A stretch of 47,069 nucleotides of DNA from Octopus bimaculoides (GCF_001194135.2 NC_068985.1:121925777-121972845), one strand, 5' to 3'. Positions 24,456 to 37,075 are shown, counted from the first letter of the stretch. Numbers and translations are program-made. Notes: generated by a model not told the origin, from the sequence alone.

Positions 24456-24588
24456 AGTTGCCATTCCTGCTCAAAATGTCTCTGAATTCGGGTTGTTTAA
24501 GGATGATGAACAAAACCTGTTATAATGTGAATCCTTGTCCACTTGTATGTTATTGTCAGCACTAATATTCTTGTCACCACTATTATGT

Positions 24589-24829
24589 TGTGGCAGTATT
24601 CCGTGTCTTATGTCTACCTTGATAGTAAATTGAACTCATATATATCACGTAACTGACACTGACTCCAACTGAGAATGCATACAACAACTCTACTACTCTT
24701 GATTTCCTACAACGACTGACTGTCTGACTTTACAGTGGTTGGCTTATACCACTTTGTCATGTGCGAAGGGGAGTACCATTTTCACTTCAACAAAACTCCA
24801 AAGAATAACTGATTGTAAGTTCTACCACA
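24589..24829 (-). mobile_element. Possible solo LTR of a second family
   Basis: Inverted ends TGTGGCAG / CTACCACA (TG...CA); TATA-like GTATAAG followed by CAGTCAGTC on minus; no matching TSD found. Confidence 0.35.
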
Positions 24830-24977
24830 TTTGACGGAAAGATTATTCAATGCATTAGAGTAAAAATGGGAACGGTGTAGCAATTGTATACAAGAAAAGA
24901 TAAGAAAATTAAAAAATATATTAGTAATTAAAAAGAAATGTGGGGTTGCATCATATTTTAGATTGTAATGTACTGTA

Positions 24978-25189
24978 TGAGGGGGTGCTGAAAAGTTCTT
25001 GGCTGTAAGGGTATCGTGAAAGGCCTGGTTGGAGGTCTAACCTTCCAAGTTCTTTTACAGGGCTTAGTAAAATCGAAGGACTACTGCAATAAGTGAACCT
25101 GAGAGGGGAATATGTTGAATAAAATCATAATTAACTGATTCTCCTATATTTTCTTTTCCCAAAGCCAGGAATTTTTCAGCACTCCCTCA
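24978..25189 (+). mobile_element. mariner-derived MITE
   Basis: TA|TGAGGGGGTGCTGAAAAGTTCTTGGC ... GCCAGGAATTTTTCAGCACTCCCTCA|CA; interior encodes LRGEYVE*, like a mariner transposase C-terminus. Confidence 0.8.
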
Positions 25190-25733
25190 CAACTCAGTGT
25201 AGTTAAGTAGAAAGAAACTGGTAAATTCTTGTGTTGGAACTGTAAAGCTGCAGAATAGCAAGATGTGAGCCTTTGAGTACAAAAGACTTATGAAGACTAG
25301 AAAAAACAAAGCCAGCATGCTCAGAGTACAAATGAGGAAAGAGAAAAACTAGGTGTGAGAGGAATCAGGTACAAGTATATGTGCACATGGAGAAAGAGTG
25401 ATGCATATAGAAGTTCTGAATACTCCAGGTTAGTGGAACCTGCAGAATGAGAGCAATGAAGACTAGAGATGAAGCAATGGTTAGTACAAAGTCTAATTTG
25501 ACATCTGACTGGATTTGATCTCTGAACATAGAAGAACAATACTAAAGATTGTCATTTTATCATTTTTGCTACTCCACTGTCACTAAATCATTTATAAACT
25601 GAAGTCACCAAGCCTGAAAATAACAAGATTTTCTTTGACTACTTGTTAAAGTCTACAATACTACAATGTGTGTACAAGTATATTAAAAGTAGTTTATTTA
25701 CTATTTTTCTTTCTTTTTTTTTTTTTTTTGCAG

Positions 25734-25901
25734 GTGTTTACTGTTCTGGTTGGTTGGGTCGTGGTCCAACTGGAGTCATTCTTAACACCATGAATGATGG
25801 ATTCATAACTGCAAAAACACTTCTCAAAGATCTAAAAGCAAATGTATTAGACTTAAACAAGCCAGGGAAAGAGGTTATTCTTCAGCACCTAAAAAATATT
25901 G
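25734..25901 (+). CDS. FDXR: FDXR exon (168 nt)
   Basis: ttttgcag|GTGTTT...ATTG|gtaagg; (G)VYCSGWLGRGPTGVILNTMNDGFITAKTLLKDL...HLKNI. Confidence 0.97.
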
Positions 25902-26272
25902 GTAAGGAACATGTAACACATCCTTTGACATAACATAAAAGCTATATAAGAGCATACGTACTGAATACATGCATGCATGCATACATACATACATACATTA
26001 TGTATGTATGTATGCATGTACATTGTCAGTTTATGATTTGAGAGGAACTAATTAAACTTTTTTGGTTATTATGTCATCATAATGTAGCTGATAAAAAAGG
26101 CTTAATGAACTGCTATGATTTATATTATTTGTTGTTATCCAGATAATAAAAATTATATCTTATTAGAAAGGTGAACTTGATAAATTTATAATGGAGAATT
26201 GAGTAAGTCAGGTATGTCTAAGTAGCAGGGACATGAACCCGACCATTTTATCACTCTACTTATATATTTCAG

Positions 26273-26403
26273 GTGTGCAAACAGTTTCTTTTGATGATTG
26301 GACCAAGATTGACCAAATAGAAACCTCAAATGCGAAACTAACTGAACGTCCTCGAGAGAAGATTGTTGATGTTGAGAAGATGTTGAAAATAGCTGCCTCT
26401 TAA
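26273..26403 (+). CDS. FDXR: FDXR last coding exon (131 nt incl. TAA)
   Basis: atttcag|GTGTGC...TCTTAA; (G)VQTVSFDDWTKIDQIETSNAKLTERPREKIVDVEKMLKIAAS*. Confidence 0.96.
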
Positions 26404-26453
26404 TGATAATTGTTCTACCTAGAATGAATTAGTCACTTGTTGTTTGTTTTTGT

Positions 26454-26459
26454 AATAAA
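26454..26459 (+). terminator. Candidate FDXR polyadenylation signal
   Basis: AATAAA ~50 nt after the stop, with U/GU-rich sequence downstream. Confidence 0.6.
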
Positions 26460-26549
26460 GCATATTTATTTTCATCAATATCTAGAGCTGTTATTGTTAT
26501 TTTTGTTTTCCCAACAACTGTTGTTGCTGTTGTAGCACTTATTTTTCTC

Positions 26550-27290
26550 AGAGATGGAAGGTGAACCTAGAATTGAGATGCATCAAAGTAAATTTAGCAA
26601 AGACTAAGGTTTTAGTAAGTAGGAAAGACGGCAGGACCCTCGTATCATCAAAGAAATGGCCTTGTTTGATACAAAGGAAAGGTGTAGATATAAAGTCCAT
26701 GTGTTCTACTTAATATACACCATGGACACACAAAAGATGTGAAATTACAGGAAGACTAACAGAAAACATAAGCTTTGTATGTGGCAGATGCATGGAAGCT
26801 TACATACTATGAGCACACTGTAGATAGATTCTCTTAAATGCCCAAATGACTCATTAGCAGTAGTCAATAGCATCTGTTACTGAGAAGATATAACTGGCAG
26901 GGAGGTGGTTTCTCAGAAAATAAAGTAGCCAAGGTAAGAATGTGTTGCAAAAAGTTCAGGGAGCTACTAACACTGCTAGTAACAAAAGTGTTATCCTTCA
27001 GAGTGAAAGGCAAGTTGTATGATGTGTTAGAACTGCAACATTGCATGGTAGAAAGATATGGACGTTGAATATGGAAGACTTATGAAAACTAGAAGGAAAT
27101 GAGGCCACCATGCTCCAATGGATATGCAATGTTAATGTGCATGAACACCAGTGTACAAATGAGCTAAAAGGAAAACTGGAAGACTAAGGATGAAATGACA
27201 AAGGCTGACCTGAAGATACTGCATCCAACAGAAAAGATAACAAATGACCAAACTGACTGGTGATACACAGGGCTACAGAAGACCTGTCCA
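26550..27290 (+). mobile_element. Decayed RTE ORF2 C-terminal fragment
   Basis: Frameshifted WKVNLE..VNLAKTKVLVSRK, WTHKRC..CGRC finger remnants, KFRELL, KGKLYD, EATMLQWICNV; same family as 1-325. Confidence 0.7.
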
Positions 27291-27395
27291 CCAATACCAA
27301 AATATATCCTGACACAATCATGAATATCAGTTGGAGGGGAAGGTGAATAAAGTGTGGGTCAGGGAGGTAATAGGTGGCAGGGAAGATGTAAAGTG

Positions 27396-27617
27396 TTATT
27401 TCTTTACTACCCACAAGGGGCTACACACAGAGGGGACAAACAAACGGGTTAAGTCGATTATATCGACCCCAGTGTGTAACTGGTACTTATTTAATCGACC
27501 CCGAAAGGATGAAAGGCAAAGTCGACCTTGGCAGAATTTGAACTCAGAACGTAGCGGCAGATGAAATACCGCTATGCATTTCGCCTGGCGTGCTAACGTT
27601 TCTGCCAGCTCACCACC
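27396..27617 (-). mobile_element. SINE family B (young)
   Basis: Near-identical to 39699-39931 and 46833-47064. Confidence 0.85.
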
Positions 27618-28230
27618 ACACACCGTAAAGTGTGTGGGGGTGGGATGCAAGAGAGACGCACAGTGTCGGAGGTGAAGTAAAGGTATATGAGGGTGAAAAT
27701 GATGGGAGACAAACGGAGATAATGGGGGTTGGGGACTGCTGTTGGCAAAATGATGGGGTGTACAGGAAAGAGGAAGGGGAAGTGAAAAGAGTGTTCAGTG
27801 GAAAATAAGGGATGATACTGAAAATGTGTGGGAAAACGAAAGTGGTTCTGGGGAGGGTGAGCAGTAGGGGATGGAATATGTGCAGTTCTGCTCTCTTAAT
27901 TACAGCAGCTGAGGGGGACAACTGACAATATCTCCACCTGTGAGCACCTGCATTTACCCTCTATCCTGCCTCTAGCCATCTGCCACTCACCTCTCAACTC
28001 CCACAAACTTACCCATACCACTTCTATTGCATTCACCATCTTAGAACTTGAAGGTCCTCCCATCAATTGAGGGATCTTGTCTTGCGAGTTACTTGACTAC
28101 CTAGTTAAACTGTAAAAGGGAGATATTCTGATCCTGCTTTCACCATTGGTTTTTCTCCTCTTAAAAATATCTAGGTTTGAGATAAGGCTTGCCACACCCA
28201 GCTTTATGATATACAAAAACCTATATACAA

Positions 28231-28540
28231 GTATATGGCTTAGCGGTTAAGGTATTTCACTCACGACCGCAAGATCATGGTTTTGATTCCTGGGCCGAAT
28301 AGCATGTTGCCTTCCTGAGCAAAACACTTTACCTCACATTGCTCTGATTACTTCGACATCTGATATTTGGCACATCATGAACCAGTACATTCCAGGTCGA
28401 TTTGATGGAGGTAATGTGCCAATGTACAACACATACTTTGCTATAAACACATCATCATTATAAACAAATCACTTGTGCAGGTTGTTCTGCAAGAAATTTC
28501 AAAACTCTTAGCTATCATCTACGACCAGAGAGTCCATCAT
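28231..28540 (+). mobile_element. tRNA-headed SINE family C
   Basis: A box TGGCTTAGCGG, B box GGTTTTGATTCC, CTGAGCAAAACACTT core; relatives at 34745-35030 and 37670-37960. Confidence 0.65.
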
Positions 28541-29147
28541 GTGTCCACACATGATTTTAGAATTGCCCCCTTCCCCAATCCAGCCACAACCCTACTCTAC
28601 TGGAACGCAATGGTGAGTCGTTTGCTTCGGATAAAAAGAAGCAAGGGACATAACTCTAATGAGCAGTCTTCCTACGTATTCTATTCTGAATTTTTTCATT
28701 CTGTATTTTTTTTTTTAACGATATCCCACCAACTGGATAATGCACCTTCTGACCTATTGTAGCAATGACGTTATGCTATATCTTTCCTACCAGCCCTCCC
28801 GATGATTGCCGAGATTGGAACAAAATTGACTGAAAAATCAGCTGATACGGGACTATAATATTTTATTCTATAAATACAATACACACATAAGTATGTACAT
28901 AAATATACTCCCCACACACACACATTTATATGTATATTATGATCATAATTTAACATCCATTTTTTCATGATTGCATGGGTCAGATGGAATCTATTGAGGC
29001 GACTTCTCTATGACTGAACACCTTTCTTGTCTCCATCTCTCACATGTTTTCAAGCAAGACAGTATTTCCTAATAGAAATATTGTTTTTACACAGAATACT
29101 AGCAATTTCACACACACACACACATATATTATTATTATTATTATATT

Positions 29148-29182
<35 letters not shown>

Positions 29183-29560
29183 ATATGTATATATTTATAT
29201 GAATTGTTTAACTAAAATTGTTTGGGGTGGTGCCCCAGAATGGCCACAGTCTAATGACTGAAACAAGTAAAAGAATAAAAGAATATAAAAAAACATTAAT
29301 GTGTGTGTGTGTGTGTGTTGTGCTGTGAGTGTTTGTGTGTGTGTGTGTGTGTATGATTGTGTGTGTTAGCCATAAAGTGATGCACAAGCACTCAGCTCTA
29401 AGTGTACTGCATCTTATAGCAGAAACAGTTATAAGTAAATGAAGTTGGTTATGTAATTTCTGTTTCTTTTTAATTTCTTTACTGCCACATTCTTCTCTTT
29501 AAGTGCCTAATCCTTTATTCTGAAGTAATTTGCAGTGTTATGCCTAAGTGCAAAATCATA

Positions 29561-29628
<68 letters not shown>

Positions 29629-29905
29629 NNNNNNNNNNNNNNNNNNNNNNNNNNNNNNNNNNNNNNNNNNNNNNNNNNNNNNNNNNNNNNNNNNNNNNNN
29701 NNNNNNNNNNNNNNNNNNNNNNNNNNNNNNNNNNNNNNNNNNNNNNNNNNNNNNNNNNNNNNNNNNNNNNNNNNNNNNNNNNNNNNNNNNNNNNNNNNNN
29801 NNNNNNNNNNNNNNNNNNNNNNNNNNNNNNNNNNNNNNNNNNNNNNNNNNNNNNNNNNNNNNNNNNNNNNNNNNNNNNNNNNNNNNNNNNNNNNNNNNNN
29901 NNNNN
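29629..29905. other. Assembly gap
   Basis: N run between (GT)n and (TA)n. Confidence 1.
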
Positions 29906-29938
<33 letters not shown>

Positions 29939-29956
29939 ATGTATGTATGTATGTAT

Positions 29957-30150
29957 ATATAATATATGACAATTAGTCGGTTGCCATAATAAAACTCAGA
30001 GTTTTGAATGTCGAGGCGGAATTCTGCTCTGGTATCTTGTCAGTTATTTGTTTGTCTTAATAACTGACGAGATGCCAGAGCAGAATTCTGCCCCAACATC
30101 CGAAACTTTGAGTTTTATTATGGCAACCCGCTAATTGTCACATATTATAT
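29957..30150. repeat. ~190-bp fold-back: two ~92-bp inverted arms with a 10-nt loop
   Basis: Arms 29957-30048 and 30059-30150, ~11 mismatches, all but one transitions; loop TGTTTGTCTT. Confidence 0.92.
30058..30120 (+). ncRNA. Type I hammerhead-like motif in the right arm of the fold-back
   Basis: UAAUAA-CUGACGA-GAUG[CCAGA-GCAG-AAUU-CUGC-CCCAA]CAUC-C-GAA-ACU-UUG-AGU-U-UUAUUA; predicted cut after 30114; one extra C in stem II. Confidence 0.5.
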
Positions 30151-30224
30151 TATAGATAAATTCCTTTATTTACATAATATCGAGGTTACATTCATTGTTT
30201 TGTTGTCATATTATTATTATTATT

Positions 30225-30265
<41 letters not shown>

Positions 30266-31042
30266 CTTTGTCTATGTATCCAGTTATGTCCCACACCACA
30301 GTTTGAACATCTGTCTGTCTATCTTTGTTTCTCTGCCTCATGGCTTCTTTTGCACTTCGCAATAGAGTGAAAGCATCAGCTATAAAAAAATAAACTCTAT
30401 TTATTGGATATTTTACCCATTTCTATAACAAATAAGGTGTGTATAGGTGTGTGTGTGTATCCCTCTGATGTTGGTATTTATGCAAAGATAGCAGTTACTG
30501 CTTTGAGATAGTTTTCTTTGAATTCAAAATCATTCAAAATTTCTTTATAAAAGTTTATATGCTTCATAATCTTTGAAAATAGTCTGGTTACATTTATCTT
30601 TTCTTAACAGTGATGATTGTGGTCAAGAAAGCACTCAGATTGGTTCATGAATTTATTTTGAAAATCTCACTGAGCAACCATTGGTCAACATATTTCTAAA
30701 GCTTTAAACTGATTGGATGAGAATTTAAACGTTCTCTCTTTTGTTACCCATCAATAGACACCCACACAATCAACCACATTTTTGCATCTTCATGTGCGTG
30801 TGTGTGTGTGTGTACGTTTTTATATGTATGTGTGTATTATGATATATATTTATATATATATAAGCTCATACAAACGTGCATACCCATAGATGCATATATA
30901 AATTTATATATATGTATATCAAAATCATAAGGCGTGAAATTGCATTTGACCAGTAACTAATGAGGATTTGGTGACCCTCTGTGTCTGTTTTCCATTTCTT
31001 TGTGCATTCATTATGTTTTCTTAACTTTTATATGTATATATG

Positions 31043-31081
<39 letters not shown>

Positions 31082-31845
31082 CATCATCATGCTCATCATC
31101 TTCTTCTTCATCATCATCATCATCATCGTTCAACATTCAACATTCATTTTCCTTTCTGGCGTAATATAGACAGTATAACAAAGAATGGTGATGAAGATGT
31201 GTCAGGGCGTATCGCCAAGCTAGAGGAAGGGGAATTAAAGAGAAGTGGTATGGGAGCGTAAGTTCGAGAAATGATTGTCAGATAGGTAGAACGAATTGCA
31301 GGGAGTGGCAAATACACACACACACATACTTACACACATACATACATACATATATATATATATATGTAGTTTTTCTTAAACTATCCTTATCATAAACAGA
31401 TATTACTTATGGGAAACTGAAAAAAATGAATCATTAATATCAAACCAATAAAAGGATTTCATACACGAGTGCATGAGTTTGGGTATATATATGAATTGCT
31501 TGTTATGTGGTTGTATTACACTAAACTGAGTACATTGCCTGCCTATTAAAATAACTGTAGCCTGCCACGGTTGACTGTGCCCTTCATCCTTTCAGGGTCG
31601 ATAAATTAAGTACCAGTTGTGTACTGGGGTTGATCTAATCGACTGGCCCCCTCCCCCAAAATTTCGGGCCTTGTGCCTAGAGTAGAAAAGAATATATTCG
31701 GATCAGTCCATTCATTTGGGCAAGTTTTTACCAACGGAAGTACAAAGTTTTGCAAAACACTACAGCAATACATGGTTTTGTGATCTACACACACACACAC
31801 ATGCATCTGTGCACATGCATGTATGCACACACACACACACACACA

Positions 31846-32238
31846 TGTAGTGACGCCTTAATAGCAGACATTTTTGGAAAGCTTATCCACGTATGCGCAG
31901 GGACTGGTTCCAGAGGGAATACAGGAAGAGTCTCATGCGCATGCGTGGTCATTGGATATTCAAGCTTCGCGCCCTTATTCATTCTCTTTCTCACCGGCCA
32001 GCGGAGAGCCAAGACGTACAAGCAGCCTGTCTCCAACATTCCAACTCTGGAGCTAGACAAATAACCACTCAACATCATTGACGGCGTCTCAGCAACCAAA
32101 GGGCGAAGTGCTGCCTATTTCCTCTGTAAATAAATATTGTTGTGTTGATAGTTCAGAATCTGCGTTCCGTTGTTTCTTCGAGAAATTTAATGTACGGAAG
32201 CGGGTATACACCTAATGGTGTATGACCACTTTCCTACA
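31846..32238 (+). mobile_element. Solo LTR (Ty3/Gypsy-like), copy 3
   Basis: TGTAGTGACG...CTTTCCTACA (TGTAG/CTACA inverted ends); TSD CACA at 31842-31845 and 32239-32242. Confidence 0.8.
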
Positions 32239-32436
32239 CACATAATAATATTCAGTTGTAGGATTTTTTAGATTCCAGGTTTTTCAATGTGTATGACACC
32301 AGGACAAGCTGGGTAAAGGGCTTGTTATCAGTTGTGGTTATCTGGTTGTATGTTGTAAGTATTCCTATACACATCCACAATATATGATTTACATGTAGAC
32401 AAATATATACATATCTCTCTCTCTCTCTTTCACTCT

Positions 32437-32486
<50 letters not shown>

Positions 32487-32827
32487 ACATACATATATAT
32501 ATACACATATGCACCCTTACATATACATACTAATATATCTGTGCATATGTAGAATCATTAGAATGCTGGGCAAAATGCTTAGTGACATTTCTGAGTTCAA
32601 ATACTGCAGAGGTCTGCTTTGCCTTTCATCCTTTTGTGGTCAATGAAATAAATACCAGTAACACACTGGGGTTGATGTAATCAACTAGACTCTCCCCTCA
32701 AACTCCAGGCCTTGTGCCAAAGTTTGAGACCAATATATATGTATATATATATATGTGTGTGTGTGTGTGTATATACATACATACATATATATACATGCAT
32801 ATATATATATACATAGACACGCGCACG

Positions 32828-32887
<60 letters not shown>

Positions 32888-34744
32888 TATATGTATACAC
32901 ACATATGTACTTGATCCAATATCATTTATAGATCCAAGCTCAAGATAGTTCCAAGTATAGATTTGTAAAGAAGAACACAAGTGGAGTTTAAAAATTCACA
33001 ACAGTTCTTTCAGCAGCATTTTTATTGCTGAATACATCGATAACTACAATTACATCATGACAAAAATCCTCTTTCATCAGGTGGTTTTAAACAAAAATCA
33101 TATAGGTTGGTAGTGGATTCAATTTAATTTGAACTGCTTGCTAAGTACATTGCTGTACTTTGCATGCTAAAAAAATAAAGGTACACTTCACAAACTCAAA
33201 TTAACCAAAAAACACTCTGCAGTGAACTCTAGATGAATCAATTGAACCATGTTGTCACTATGCTCTTAGGACTGTGATGAGCCCTAAGATTTATAAAGCT
33301 GGGGCTTAATCTGGTTTCCATAGCATGCAAGTGAGTGAGAGTACAACACACCTACTGGATGGGACATCAGTCCACCACTGGGTTAATTTCCCAGCTATCG
33401 TTGGAACACATTTACAGCTGAGTGAACTGGAACAACATGAAATGAATTGTTTTGATCAAGAACACAATTCACACCTGGTCCAGGAATCAAAACCACAATT
33501 TTATGATCATAAGTGAAGGCATAAATGAAGGCATATATCAACTGATATGCAAATTAGACCAACCAGTTTAGCTGTGTCAAAATTTATATATACTATACAT
33601 AGCTATGAGCTACTAATCTCCTTGCCAACGGAAGATAGGAATCCTTTCTCTGATGAAGGTTTAAAAAGACCAGGAACAAGTCATTTTAAACCATTTTTCT
33701 GATCATGAGGAGATAACACTTGTGATGTAACCACCTTATTTACTTTTCTCACATAAAGACTGAAATAGTATATTTATTGAAAACATAGCTTAAATTTCAA
33801 ATTTTCCCAAAATATGGTACATCAGAGTATGAATGCATGAATGAGTTAACCACAATGTTTGCATATGCATTATTATGCGAATTAGACTGACCTGTTTAGC
33901 TGTGTCCTAAATTGTATTTAAAATAGATAGTTGTAAGCTATTAATTAATATGTTCATGGTTAGAAGGTATGTAGTTCTCTCTGATCTAAAATTAGCAAGT
34001 AGTTAGAATGATTCCAGTTTTTCTGCCCATTGGGAGATAATATTTGAGGTATAACTACAGGTTGCAAAGCAACACTAAATGTTTTTGTCTTTAAAAAAGT
34101 ATACCTAACATTTAAAATCCCAAATACTATGAACTAATGTATGTGTGTGTGTGTGTGTACATGTGTGTGCGTGTGTCTATCTGTCTGTCTGTATGTCCAT
34201 GTGCATGAGTGTGCATATATATGTAACCCATGCTAGCATGGAAAGCGGACGTTAAACGATGAAACTATATATATATACATATACATACATGCATACATAT
34301 ATACATACATACATCTGTATAGACAGATTGATAGATACATACATACACACATAACATACATTTACATTACATACACATATACGCATGTAAATATGGTTGT
34401 TTGTGTGTCAAGTCACACTTAGTGCTACTGGTAACATGCGACTTAGTACAACCTTTTGTGTGGTTAGATTGCAAGCAACTAAACCAGTAATCTTACTGAG
34501 CCTGCACAGCAAGGAAGATGGTTTTCATTGGACCCCCTACTGGAGGAAAAATGAAACCTCTCAAAGGACAGATAAACTCAGTAGGGTTCAATGGACGTCC
34601 AACAGCAAGGGTAGGAGACCCTAATCTTTGTTAAGACATCTTTCTAGAAGAAAAGTTTGAAATGAAACCCACCTCATTATGAAACCAGAGATGTTGCTCT
34701 TGCTTCTTTCTGGACTATTTGGCTTTGCAGGTGAGAATCTTAGT

Positions 34745-35030
34745 AGTGTTGTGGTTAGGGTGTTTCACTCATGATCTAGCAATCATGGGTTCAATTCCTG
34801 GACTGAGCAGAGCATTGTGTTCTTGAGCAAAACACTTCAGTTTCATATAGCGCCAGTCCCCTCAGCTATAAATGGAGTAGCCTTCCAATCAGGAGGAATG
34901 TAGGCCTGCTCACCTAGCCAGTGGGGTGGTCTCATTCAAAAGCTAAAATGACACAAAGCATATTGTGACAAGTGATGTATAATATCATCTGATGGTTTGA
35001 GTGATCATGTGATCTATGTATATATAAATG
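34745..35030 (+). mobile_element. SINE family C
   Basis: GTGTTGTGGTTAGG head, GGTTCAATTCC B box, CTTGAGCAAAACACTTCA...CTCAGCTATAAATGG core. Confidence 0.6.
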
Positions 35031-35399
35031 TGTGTGTGTGCACATGTGTGTGTGCATGTGTGTGTGTACTATTGTACTTTGGAGAATCATTTTAACTATA
35101 AAAACATGCACACTCTGGTAATATCTAATTATTTCATTATTATCAGTCAACTAGTCAATTAATTAACTATTTGTGAGAGAACAAATGAGGGAATGTCATG
35201 AATGAAGTCGCCAATGGCAACTAAAAAATTCTGATACATAAACTGGTTGACTAATCAAATTACTTACTTAGTTAACCAGCCAACTGATAAAAGGAAGTGA
35301 AATGCAACCAGTGCATGTAATTTTATTGGCAAACTGACCTTCCCAACATTGGTTTCATTGCATCAAGGATCTTGTAATAGAAATAACCAAATTATATAT

Positions 35400-35600
35400 A
35401 TATGCATGCATAGAAGCATACATAAATACATACATGCATGCGTAGATGCATACATACATACATACATACATGCATGCATACATACATGCATGCATACATA
35501 CATACATACATACATACATACATACATACATACATACATACATACATACATACATACATACAGGCATGCATGCATACATACAAATGTATGTGTATTGTGT
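35400..35600. repeat. (ATAC)n / (ATGC)n compound microsatellite
   Basis: Directly visible. Confidence 0.95.
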
Positions 35601-35765
35601 ATGATGTAAGAATTTAGAAACTTCAAGGGGCATGAAATAACTAATTTTGAATGGTGGAACTCAAAGTAGTTTCAGGTATAATAGTGTATAAATTTTGGGT
35701 TAGAAAAGCCCTTGAATGGAGAAAGTCAAAGGTTGGTTTTCACTTTTAAAAACGATTTACATAAA

Positions 35766-36110
35766 CATCATCATCATCGTCATCATCGTTTAACATCCAC
35801 CTTCCATGGAAGGTTTCACATCCACCTTCTTGGAAGGTTTCACAGGAGCTGGTCAGGCAGGAGCCTGCACCAGTCTTCTGTGTCTGTTTTAGCAGGAGTT
35901 TTTACAGTTAGATGTCCTTCCTAACACCAACTACCCAGCAGAGTGGACTGAGCGCTTTTTACATGGCACCAGCACAGGTGAGGTCAGTTTTGGCAAGGTT
36001 TTTACTGCTGGATTCCCTCCCAAACACCAACCACTTTACGGTGTGGACTGGATATTTTTTATGTGGCATCAGCACTGGCATGGTCACCAAGAAACTTGCA
36101 AGACAAAGAT
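35766..36110 (-). mobile_element. RTE 3' UTR tail copy with UTR subrepeats
   Basis: (CAT)n-CGTTTAACATCCAC...GATGTCCTTCCTAACACCAAC...TTTTACATGGCACCAGCAC. Confidence 0.65.
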
Positions 36111-36122
36111 CCTTTGAGAAGA

Positions 36123-36191
<69 letters not shown>

Positions 36192-36639
36192 GTATTGACA
36201 TCATAAAAAATTTATAGACTTTCAAGAGAATATTAAATAATTGGTTTTTTGGGGGGGGGACTATCTCGAAGCACAGTCATAAAGGCAGCCTTTAACTTTT
36301 TCAATCCCAAAAGTATTTCAATTGAATATTTATGTGATATTATTTATAGCTTTATGCCTATGCTTCAAGATATTCTCAAAAAAGGCAAAAACAATTCACA
36401 CACACATGCATGCACACACACACATACATGCATACACATACACACACATGCGCACACACCTGCACACAAGGGCACACAAACACATGCTCACACACATGTG
36501 CACACACGCACACCTGTGCATACACACACATGCACACTCATACACATATGCACACACACATGCACACACACACACACACACACGTATGTGTATCTCTGTA
36601 TGTAAGTTTCTATATGTACATGTATATAAGTTGAAACCT

Positions 36640-37072
36640 GCTGGTAAATGTATGGAGGGTGTGAACCCTCTTCCTGAGAAGGGCACAAAACAGTCTTCTT
36701 TCTTTTGTGAGGCCAGTGTAGTCATGTCTGCTTCTCAAAAACTGGCCTACTCAGCCACAAGCATGGTGATGGAAGCACCACCATCTACCAATGTGACATC
36801 CAGTATGACTTCTCGTGTGCCTTGTGTCGCAGAGTGTGGGTCAGCCAGTGGACTTGCTTGGCAGTGTAGATCCCAACATTCTGATGGTTAGCTCTGGCTG
36901 GAGGATTGACTTGTGGTCGATGTGGAATGACTTGTAAATCTCTTACTTGCTTTAGGAGACATATGAAATGTTACCAGCAAGAAAGGGATGAAACTTGAGA
37001 TGTTTCTGAGAGTGAAATGGGTCAAGAAAGAGGTCCTACTCGGTCATGAGTTGACTTCAACCATGTGTGTAT

Positions 37073-37075
<3 letters not shown>
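36640..37075 (+). mobile_element. Decayed LINE 3' end (RTE-like) with two C2H2-like fingers
   Basis: With frameshifts: FSCALCRRV.GSASGLAWQCRSQH and LTCGRCGMTCKSLTCFRRHMKC; followed by (AC)n. Confidence 0.5.

Noticed and set aside
33650-33682. Third hammerhead candidate CUGAUGA-A-GGU...ACC-AG-GAAC-AAGUC
   Set aside because: The GAAA core is broken and no stem I forms; at most a decayed remnant.
34411-34488. Possible HDV-like ribozyme at a retroelement-like 5' UTR (7-bp helix starting with G-U, second helix ACUGGU/ACCAGU)
   Set aside because: I could not build P3, L3 and P1.1 in the canonical order; it would need a descriptor search (e.g. RNArobo) to revive.
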